64,000 bases of DNA from an uncultured Phascolarctobacterium sp. (GTDB lineage Bacteria; Bacillota; Negativicutes; Acidaminococcales; Acidaminococcaceae). The DNA lies in NCBI RefSeq assembly GCF_934190775.1, contig NZ_CAKPTG010000008.1:26337-90336 (forward strand). The letters run 5' to 3'. This document shows positions 56,386 to 64,000 of the stretch, one piece after another. Below the pieces are notes generated by a model. The model searched no databases and was not told the DNA's origin. It saw only the letters and a list, made by a program, of their open reading frames with translations. Made by a program: the position numbers and the translations under genes. Within the stretch, counting starts at the first letter, position 1; every line of letters starts with the position of its first letter.

Positions 56386-57926
56386 ATCAGAAATTACGTC
56401 ACTCTCAAACAGTGGGAACAGTTACATCAAGAGGGCAACTGTTTGGGTACCATCAGAAATTACATCACTCTCAAACCATCGTTCCTCCTCTCTACAACTG
56501 TGTGGGGTTTGAGTACCATCAGAAATTACATCATCTCAAACAACGAGAAAAGTCAAAATAGCAGTTGTTTTGTTTGAGTACCATCAGAAATTACATCACT
56601 CTCAAACTCGAAGAAAGCATCGATGAATCCAACGTAAGTTTGAGTACCATCAGAAATTACATCACTCTCAAACTGTAATTGTACCTCTTACACAGGATAA
56701 AGAGTTTGAGTACCATCAGAAATTACATCACTCTCAAACTGCAATCAATGATTTAAGTCAGGTTATTCAGTTTGAGTACCATCAGAAATTACATCACTCT
56801 CAAACTTTGCCCCAGATATATACAGATAAATTCAAGTTTGAGTACCATCAGAAATTACATCACTCTCAAACTTAAGCTGCTGGGAGATTATGCGCAGGCC
56901 GGTTTGAGTACCATCAGAAATTACATCACTCTCAAACTATCTAGTTCTATGGCTTCTGCCGTTACGGGTTTGAGTACCATCAGAAATTACATCACTCTCA
57001 AACGAACGTACTGCACACGGTAAAAACGAAGTAGTTTGAGTACCATCAGAAATTACATCACTCTCAAACTGCAATCAATGATTTAAGTCAGGTTATTCAG
57101 TTTGAGTACCATCAGAAATTACATCACTCTCAAACTTTGCCCCAGATATATACAGATAAATTCAAGTTTGAGTACCATCAGAAATTACATCACTCTCAAA
57201 CTTAAGCTGCTGGGAGATTATGCGCAGGCCGGTTTGAGTACCATCAGAAATTACATCACTCTCAAACTATCTAGTTCTATGGCTTCTGCCGTTACGGGTT
57301 TGAGTACCATCAGAAATTACATCACTCTCAAACGAACGTACTGCACACGGTAAAAACGAAGTAGTTTGAGTACCATCAGAAATTACATCACTCTCAAACA
57401 GGAAACAAAAGGAAAAATTCCCAAGAAAAGTTTGAGTACCATCAGAAATTACATCACTCTCAAACCCGCTTGCGTGGCAGGATATTATAAAGCATGTTTG
57501 AGTACCATCAGAAATTACATCACTCTCAAACAATAAGGCCGCTATATCCTGCTTCCTTCAAGTTTGAGTACCATCAGAAATTACATCACTCTCAAACCTA
57601 TATTTTGAACGCTGCGCAATTACTTCTGTTTGAGTACCATCAGAAATTACATCACTCTCAAACTTCCGTTTGATGCGATATACGTCGGTCTTGGTTTGAG
57701 TACCATCAGAAATTACATCACTCTCAAACTAAAAGATAATGACTACCGCAACGAAGAGGTTTGAGTACCATCAGAAATTACATCACTCTCAAACGCAAAT
57801 GGCGCAGACAAAAAGAAGAAGTATGTTTGAGTACCATCAGAAATTACATCACTCTCAAACGCAGAACGTTTAACATTGATAAAAACTATTGTTTGAGTAC
57901 CATCAGAAATTACATCACTCTCAAAC
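56375..57926 (-). CRISPR. Type II-A CRISPR array: 24 x 36-bp repeats, 23 spacers (30 nt; one of 29 nt); repeat on transcribed (minus) strand GTTTGAGAGTGATGTAATTTCTGATGGTACTCAAAC
   Basis: Regular 66-bp period; the three leader-distal repeats (56375, 56441, 56507) are degenerate (A>G, A>G, 1-nt deletion); spacer units 6-10 repeated exactly as 11-15; leader-proximal end abuts csn2. Confidence 0.95.
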
Positions 57927-58030
57927 CTCAAATTAAGAGATTATCCACGAATGAAACTATCATCACCATAGCGTAATTTCCTCAGGTCCCTATAAAGACA
58001 TTATAAATCACTCAAAATTCTTTGTCAAAA
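57927..58030 (-). promoter_or_regulatory. CRISPR leader (AT-rich, between csn2 stop and first repeat)
   Basis: 104-bp AT-rich segment adjacent to the conserved-repeat end of the array; contains a degenerate repeat-like stretch (57994..58014). Confidence 0.5.
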
Positions 58031-58702
58031 TCATTTCACAACACATAAATCATCATCAACTATACAAACAACTTCTTCTGCAAGCTCCTGCTCAACACTG
58101 TTTTCCAAAAGAAGCAGATGCATTTTCCTATAAAACGCTTCTTTATAAAAATTCTGTAGCTCATCATTCGTCAAGTAAGTCTTCAAATTTACGAAAGCCA
58201 AAATCTTTACTTTTTGAAACTTGCTGCAGACATCCATAAAATATACTAATCCTTCTAAAAAATTCTCCTCCCCGGCTTCAAATTCCACCTCTAATGCTTT
58301 AAATAAGCTCTGCAGATTAAAATCGTCTTGAAACTTCAAGGCATAATCAACCTGATTAAGCAAGCCATAAGTATACTTTGCTATCTGACCTTTCACTCTA
58401 CAGGTATTCAAATAATTTTCTTCATTCATTCCCAGCTTACCAAGCTCATTATATAAGCCGGTTAATGCTTTGCGTGAATTTATCTCTAAAGCAAACGGAT
58501 TTACAACAAGGCAGACATCCTTATCTATCTTTAAAATTTTATCATTGTCAGATAAAACAAATCTACCTTCTCCACCGTCAATCTGCTTGGCAAGCTCTTG
58601 AATCATTCTTCGAAAAAGCTCCTTATGCTCCATCACTAAAACATTAACTCTGTTTTCTTGAAAAATAAGCTGCTGCTCCAGCTCTGTATAAACCAACTTC
58701 AT
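58031..58702 (-). CDS. csn2: Csn2 (type II-A CRISPR adaptation protein)
   Basis: 223 aa; position downstream of cas2 and length typical of short Csn2; overlaps cas2 by 4 nt. Confidence 0.8.
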   Translation of the reverse strand: MKLVYTELEQQLIFQENRVNVLVMEHKELFRRMIQELAKQIDGGEGRFVLSDNDKILKIDKDVCLVVNPFALEINSRKALTGLYNELGKLGMNEENYLNTCRVKGQIAKYTYGLLNQVDYALKFQDDFNLQSLFKALEVEFEAGEENFLEGLVYFMDVCSKFQKVKILAFVNLKTYLTNDELQNFYKEAFYRKMHLLLLENSVEQELAEEVVCIVDDDLCVVK

Positions 58703-59025
58703 AATATTACCAGTCTTTCATCACTGTTCAAAACATCCTTATGCGCTTCTCCGACCAAAACCTCCATACGCGAAAACTGTCGTTCCGTAACTGTAAGCAA
58801 CTGCACCAATCCTTCTTGCGGCAAATTCAGCTTGACCTTCTTGATGATAGCATCTGCCGCTATTGCATTAAGCGCAATTTTGCAATACACAGATTCCTGC
58901 ATCATCATAAACCCATTCTTTAACAGATACTTACGAAAAATCCTATAAGAACGCTTATTCTCAAGCGTGGTGATTGGCAAATCGAACAGAACTAATATTC
59001 TCATAAATCTATAACTCATAATCAC
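58699..59025 (-). CDS. cas2: Cas2
   Basis: 108 aa; Cas2 N-terminal beta-strand with conserved Asp (ILVLFDLP). Confidence 0.9.
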   Translation of the reverse strand: MIMSYRFMRILVLFDLPITTLENKRSYRIFRKYLLKNGFMMMQESVYCKIALNAIAADAIIKKVKLNLPQEGLVQLLTVTERQFSRMEVLVGEAHKDVLNSDERLVIL

Positions 59026-59907
59026 TTACACAAAACTGCTCCACTTGATTATGCTTACATCATTATTGTTAAGTGCATCAAAAACACTCTTACAATACAG
59101 CTTAATAGCATAATTAAGAGTAACCTGCTTTTCATTGTTTATAACATTTTTATTTAGTACTTCTAAAATCTCATGCTTCTGTTCTTTATCAAAGCAATGC
59201 AGCTTTTCTTTTACCAGCATATCATATACCTTATAATCAACAAAAGGCCGCAACGGCTCCATAATATCCGAGCCTAAATTGAAAGCATTGAAAATATTAT
59301 CATGAATCAGTCCAAGCTGTGTAATGTAACCATTGGCAGTTATCTCCCTGTTGCATGCAGCCAATAAAACCATATAACCATAATTCAATGCTGCATTAAC
59401 AGCAATATCATCCGCTCTAGTAAATCCTAGTCCAAAAATGGAGTTAAAATAAACTTTGGCCGCATGACCTTCCCGATTACTAGCATCCAGATACTGCAAC
59501 TGTGTGGCATATTCGTCCAACATAGAAGCTGTATCAAACCCCAGCTTTTTCAACAATGCAGATTGCATCTTTATTTTGGTATATATAATCGCCGTACCAA
59601 CATCGCCTTTTGTGCTTTCGTTCCAGGATATCTGCTGCTTTATTTTTGCACTGACATCATGCGCTCCATAATACGGAATAAGCTCAGCTGAAGGATTTCT
59701 TTTGCTGTCACAAAAAATAACCTTTATTTTTCTGTCCATCATTTCCGCAAGCAAAGCTGCTGTCAATGAAACCTGCGTTGTTTCAATAAGCAGTACTGAA
59801 ATTTCATCAAGATGGACCTTGGTGGTCCGCTCTCCGCGAACCACCATATAGCCCAATTGTAAATCTAGCTTTGCCCGTGTACTTATAACAATTACACGCC
59901 AGCTCAT
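59026..59907 (-). CDS. cas1: Cas1 (type II)
   Basis: 293 aa; Cas1 metal-site residues (E...H...E) and overall architecture; overlaps cas9 stop by 4 nt. Confidence 0.9.
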   Translation of the reverse strand: MSWRVIVISTRAKLDLQLGYMVVRGERTTKVHLDEISVLLIETTQVSLTAALLAEMMDRKIKVIFCDSKRNPSAELIPYYGAHDVSAKIKQQISWNESTKGDVGTAIIYTKIKMQSALLKKLGFDTASMLDEYATQLQYLDASNREGHAAKVYFNSIFGLGFTRADDIAVNAALNYGYMVLLAACNREITANGYITQLGLIHDNIFNAFNLGSDIMEPLRPFVDYKVYDMLVKEKLHCFDKEQKHEILEVLNKNVINNEKQVTLNYAIKLYCKSVFDALNNNDVSIIKWSSFV

Positions 59908-62900
59908 AGCTTCATCAGATCCACTTCCTGTTCAAAAATTCCTGTCGGAGATTGATTAATCAAAATGCATTGCTTACACTTTGTAATATTATTTGTTGTT
60001 TTGATTACTCCACAAGAATTGCCTTTACCAAGCAATTTGAAATCTGCTGAAGCACTGGCACATTTAAAGAGGTTCAAAAACTCCCCTATCACATGTATCT
60101 GTTTTGATAAAGATAACTTTTCAAATGCTCCCCTTTGCTCTTGCAAATTTTCTGTTTGTGATGCAGGCCTGTTTTTATACAAATTATTAGCTGATTTAGC
60201 AAGCAACATGTCATAAATCTGCATATTGGCTTCGTTGCTGATTCCCCACTTTTGCTTAAAATAATCCAAGCGTTGCTGTGCTTTTTGTTTTTGCGTATCA
60301 TCCGCATTTTTATCAGATATAATTCCCTCATTTGATGCTATATCGGATTCATACTTTAACGCCTTTTTCAGATAATCAGCAACATCATCAGCTACACACA
60401 ACTGTCCGGCAGCATAAAACACAAGTTGTTTTCCAGTTCTGCCGGAGATATGCATAGGAAAGCCATTAATCTTAAACAGGCTGTATTTTTTGATTTTTGG
60501 AATCTTTATTTCAGGCTTGCAAAGCTGTACAACGTCAGTAAGATACTTTTGTACCGCATTTTCTCCTTGTTTAGCATAAACTAAAGGAATAGCTTCTATA
60601 GACAGCTGCACTGCTCCCTTTTTTCCTTCTGATTTGACTAAAGCGAAATATGCTGTGGTCAAGGAATCATAGCCGCCATACTTCTCTACGGATAAACCTG
60701 CTTTCAAAGGCAGTTGACCACTATTTGCTTTCAAAGGATTCTGTTTAAATAATTCTCCCTTGCCTTCAACCGGCTGTCTGGTAAAGAGAATATTATTCTT
60801 ATGCATGGTCTTGGTAACAGTTGTAATCGTACCGTCTTTGCCGCCAATCCAGGCAATCTCATTATCACGTTTAATGCTAAATTTATAAAAAATCTCCGGC
60901 TTCAGGCTATAACGTCTGTTATCTTGATTTTTGGTAATAAAACTTAAAGGGTTAGCGGTAAATTTCACATGATAGCAATTACCGACCACAATATTCAGAT
61001 AAGCATCCTTCGCATGATGTAAATCGTTAACATCTCTACATTTTACAAATTCAAACTTTTGACGGAAATCGGATACATTACCGGCCTTAACATATACAAT
61101 CTCACTATGCTTATACGCTGTCTTTAAAATCGTAGCAACAGCTTTTGTCGACTGTCTTGTCTCCACAAGCTGTCTGCTGATAAAGCCGGCAAGCTCTTCA
61201 TCTCTCAGCTGTGTACTGCGTGTCAGACGTTCATATTTTCTTTCATCAATGAATCCCTTATCATATAGCAGCTTCCAGAAGCTATGCATTTTGGTGCGAA
61301 TTGCTGCATCAAGCGGATAAATATCTGTTTTGGCGGCATTAACCTCCTTTTTAACAAGTACCCTGTTGCTAAGGCTGTCATCCTTTGTTTTGGAACGCGG
61401 ATAGATATGATCAATGTCATACAGATTATCATCATACAAAGAAGCCAGTTCTATTCTTTCGCCCGTATACATGCAGCGTCCCATCTGTGTATAGTAAAGA
61501 TAGAGCTTATCACTGCGCAAATCATCTTCTTTTTTGGAACTCAGTTGAATTTTAAATGCGTTGAGCTCATCTGTATGAGGCATAAAATCAATATTTTCTT
61601 CCCTGCATTGTTTATATAAGTCCTGCAACTTCTTCAGACGACTGTCAGTACGCTTGCTTTCTTCTTTACTCCTAGCCATCTCAATAAAAATACGCTTAGG
61701 CTCGTGGCCCATAATTTTCTTGATTTCTTCCAATATCGTCAGCGTCTGCCAAATAGAACGTTTAACCGAAGGAGAAACATAAAGTTCTTCCACGTCTTTG
61801 TAAGTAAGCTTACCATTACTGCTTTGTCTGCTACCATTAAAATCTTTAATCTTGCCAATAAAGTCATAAGAACAATAGTTGCTCAAAAGCTCCATGAAAT
61901 TCTTATTTGTATGACGCAAAGCGCTGATAATAGTGACAAGTTCACCAAAAGCCTTATCCTCATAAGCAATAGCACTGCTATTCAATAAAGTTGCAGACAG
62001 ACTCCCCCAATCTTTATATTTCAGTTTTTTGATAGCTTTGATTTTATCATCAGAAATATGCGGATAAGTGTTTTTTATTTTAGTGACCAGCATCTTTTTC
62101 TCGTCGCAGAATAAGGTTATCCATCTGATAATATTTTCGATTTCTTCTCTATATAATTGAATGTAATCTTCGCCGAAAATTCTTTTAAAGTCATTATAGG
62201 ACTTCATCGAAGCATTTATCTTGTCATCAATGCCTCCGATATTTTGGAAAGAAATATTTTCCTGCCTAAAAAATCTTTCTAATGTTTTCTTGGTAACCTT
62301 TGATGTCTTAGTAAGAAAAAGCTGTTTAAAGATTTTTTCCAGCACATCGACTGGTAAGCGTTCGCCGTCAACAGTAATATTGTTAATAGCATTACGCACC
62401 ATAAACTCCGAATACAGTAATGATTCCTTAGGAAGTACGTCTTCACCGAAAAGATACGTGCATTTTGCTGTCATATTGGTTATAAACTTTTCTGCACTTT
62501 CTTCCAGATTAACAATTTCAGTGAAATTCCAAGGATAAATTTTTTCATTCTTACGTACAACCCAACATCTGCCCTGTTCTCTGGACATACGTGTACCCGC
62601 AAGCGGACCTACATAATACGGTATTCTGAACTTAACAATCTGTTCAATTTTTTCACGCACAGAAAGACCGTTATTATCAGTCTCACCTAAAAATGGTAAA
62701 TATCTCTCAGCATTATCAAGAATGCATTTTAATTCCGCTAAATGCACCTGGATAGGAATGATGCCATTATCCTTAGTTGTTTGTTTAGGAAAAGCAAATC
62801 CATTGGCAACACGAAACAGCAAACGCTCCTCCTCTGTTTTGGCATCATCAATACTCGTAATGTCCTGCATTATCTTTTTGTATTCTGCAATACCGTCAAG

Positions 62901-64000
62901 CTGCTTCTTTAGATCCTTACAAAAATCAAGCTGATTACGTCCTTTGATTCCTTTAGCATATTTCTCATAAGAAATATCTCCATCCTGCCTGAAAATCTTA
63001 TTATATAAAGGCTTACCTTTAAGCATGGATTTCAAAACAGCCAAATCACGTTTATGATCTTCATAAACCTGCACCTTGCACTCAGAAAGCAGATGTTGTT
63101 CACCTTCATCTTTTTTGCCTACATCAAGATGCAATATTTTTGCCAGCAAACTCCAATCATAAATAGCTTTGAAACGGAGTAACCCTTCGTAACGCTCTCC
63201 TAATGCTGCTGTAAACACAGGTTCAAGTTCATCCAAATCATCATCCTGAAAGCTTACTGATTTCTTTTCACATTCATCTAATTCTTTATCAGCAAATAAC
63301 TCAGCTAACTTAGCTTTACCGCCGCTAAAAAGCTGTATAATAGCTTTCTGCTGTTTTGTCTGTGCCGGTAATAAACTCTGCATTGCTTTCTGCTTAGTGG
63401 TACGTCCTAAGTTTACATCGCACAAAACTTTAGCCAATTCATCTATATTTTGACATGACCAATCTTCAATTCCCATCTCGTCACGGACATAATTCTCAAC
63501 CTCACTGAAAACCGCATTAAAATCGTTAACTTTGGAGGCATCAAGATTATCAAACAAAAAATGTCCACGATGCTTAGCAATGTGCTGTACAGCGAGATAA
63601 AGCAAGCGTACATCAAAAGGTCCTTTCTGGGTTGCCAGAGCATAACGCAAATGGTACATAGTAGGATATTGTTGATAAAACTCCTTATCTGTATAATTTT
63701 TATCAACAAATAAATTATATACTGCCTTCTCGCGCTTATCATCTAATTGCAAACGGCTATCCTCTAAACGCATAAAGAAACCGGGATCAACCTTAGCAAT
63801 CTCATCCGCAAATAATTCCTGCAACATTTTAAGGCGCCAGGTAGTTCTGTCAATTCTGCGTCTGCCAGAGCGAAAAACTCTTGTAGAGGCTGCAGTATTT
63901 GCTGAATCAAAAAGTCTGATTCCCCATAACGCTTTGCCATTAAATTTTAAAATATTATAATTTGTATCCGTAACAGCCCAGCCAACAGATGCATCACCCA
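59904..64000 (-). CDS. cas9: Cas9 (type II-A), partial: N-terminus lies beyond window end
   Basis: More than 1365 aa in window; frame open to 64000 and upstream residues read ...GDASVGWAVTD (RuvC-I); HNH motif DIDHIYPRS...N; RuvC-II/III and PAM-interacting C-terminal region. Confidence 0.9.
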   Translation of the reverse strand, partial: GDASVGWAVTDTNYNILKFNGKALWGIRLFDSANTAASTRVFRSGRRRIDRTTWRLKMLQELFADEIAKVDPGFFMRLEDSRLQLDDKREKAVYNLFVDKNYTDKEFYQQYPTMYHLRYALATQKGPFDVRLLYLAVQHIAKHRGHFLFDNLDASKVNDFNAVFSEVENYVRDEMGIEDWSCQNIDELAKVLCDVNLGRTTKQKAMQSLLPAQTKQQKAIIQLFSGGKAKLAELFADKELDECEKKSVSFQDDDLDELEPVFTAALGERYEGLLRFKAIYDWSLLAKILHLDVGKKDEGEQHLLSECKVQVYEDHKRDLAVLKSMLKGKPLYNKIFRQDGDISYEKYAKGIKGRNQLDFCKDLKKQLDGIAEYKKIMQDITSIDDAKTEEERLLFRVANGFAFPKQTTKDNGIIPIQVHLAELKCILDNAERYLPFLGETDNNGLSVREKIEQIVKFRIPYYVGPLAGTRMSREQGRCWVVRKNEKIYPWNFTEIVNLEESAEKFITNMTAKCTYLFGEDVLPKESLLYSEFMVRNAINNITVDGERLPVDVLEKIFKQLFLTKTSKVTKKTLERFFRQENISFQNIGGIDDKINASMKSYNDFKRIFGEDYIQLYREEIENIIRWITLFCDEKKMLVTKIKNTYPHISDDKIKAIKKLKYKDWGSLSATLLNSSAIAYEDKAFGELVTIISALRHTNKNFMELLSNYCSYDFIGKIKDFNGSRQSSNGKLTYKDVEELYVSPSVKRSIWQTLTILEEIKKIMGHEPKRIFIEMARSKEESKRTDSRLKKLQDLYKQCREENIDFMPHTDELNAFKIQLSSKKEDDLRSDKLYLYYTQMGRCMYTGERIELASLYDDNLYDIDHIYPRSKTKDDSLSNRVLVKKEVNAAKTDIYPLDAAIRTKMHSFWKLLYDKGFIDERKYERLTRSTQLRDEELAGFISRQLVETRQSTKAVATILKTAYKHSEIVYVKAGNVSDFRQKFEFVKCRDVNDLHHAKDAYLNIVVGNCYHVKFTANPLSFITKNQDNRRYSLKPEIFYKFSIKRDNEIAWIGGKDGTITTVTKTMHKNNILFTRQPVEGKGELFKQNPLKANSGQLPLKAGLSVEKYGGYDSLTTAYFALVKSEGKKGAVQLSIEAIPLVYAKQGENAVQKYLTDVVQLCKPEIKIPKIKKYSLFKINGFPMHISGRTGKQLVFYAAGQLCVADDVADYLKKALKYESDIASNEGIISDKNADDTQKQKAQQRLDYFKQKWGISNEANMQIYDMLLAKSANNLYKNRPASQTENLQEQRGAFEKLSLSKQIHVIGEFLNLFKCASASADFKLLGKGNSCGVIKTTNNITKCKQCILINQSPTGIFEQEVDLMKL

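Noticed and set aside
56191-57976. ORFs 56772..57023, 57102..57353, 57267..57533, 57743..57931, 57761..57976 and the long form of 56191..56577
   Set aside because: These are translations of CRISPR repeats (recurring LSTIRNYITLK / FESDVISDGTQT peptides), not genes.
57994-58014. Leader sequence as the tracrRNA anti-repeat
   Set aside because: The match to the repeat is weak with several indels, there are no nexus/terminator hairpins downstream, and it would be antisense to the csn2 3' end. It is kept only as a possibility.

Overview
This 64 kb window looks like chromosome from a Firmicutes/Clostridia-type anaerobe, with roughly 50% GC. It carries NfnAB, lactate racemase LarA, a T-box leader and Firmicute-style AAGGAGG ribosome-binding sites. 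Nearly every gene lies on the minus strand; the flavodoxin gene is the only confident plus-strand gene. That pattern is consistent with a leading-strand block.

Reading the minus strand from low to high coordinates, the window contains:
- a partial lipoprotein gene;
- nfnAB (electron-bifurcating transhydrogenase);
- a compact methylthioadenosine/S-adenosylhomocysteine salvage operon, mtnP-mtnA-ahcY-class II aldolase-mtaD. It lacks the classical MtnBCD/W genes, so it resembles the DHAP-shunt type of salvage;
- an unusual array of six 13-mer repeats at 21-bp period in the 3' untranslated region of a HAD hydrolase gene;
- a membrane-lipid/glycolipid cluster (processive GT2, pssA, psd, tagA-like);
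- a CitA/CitB-type two-component system;
- prfC, a hypothetical zinc-ribbon gene with a long structured leader, and tRNA-Pro(GGG);
- thrB-hom-ACT behind a T-box leader;
- an orphan peptide substrate-binding protein with a TetR regulator;
- a decayed locus (folC 5' remnant, membrane-protein 3' remnant, solitary RelB/DinJ antitoxin);
- efp with an M24 peptidase;
- ldh, larA and a divergent flavodoxin gene;
- an M20 amidohydrolase with an orphan metQ;
- tsf and rpsB;
- a CaCA antiporter;
- tctBA with periodic upstream repeats;
- ynbB-like and hflX, separated from cshA by a repeat-rich GC leader;
- cinA, rimO, a solute-binding lipoprotein, ygiQ, rodZ-like, ftsK and rnj.

Downstream of rnj, past an AT-rich gap, sits an accessory island:
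- a small membrane protein;
- a RhuM-family protein;
- a divergent CI-like/Cro-like HTH pair;
- a type II-A CRISPR-Cas locus (24 repeats and 23 spacers, then csn2, cas2, cas1 and a cas9 that runs off the window end).

The array contains an exact 330-bp tandem duplication of a block of five spacer-repeat units. No tracrRNA could be located inside the window.
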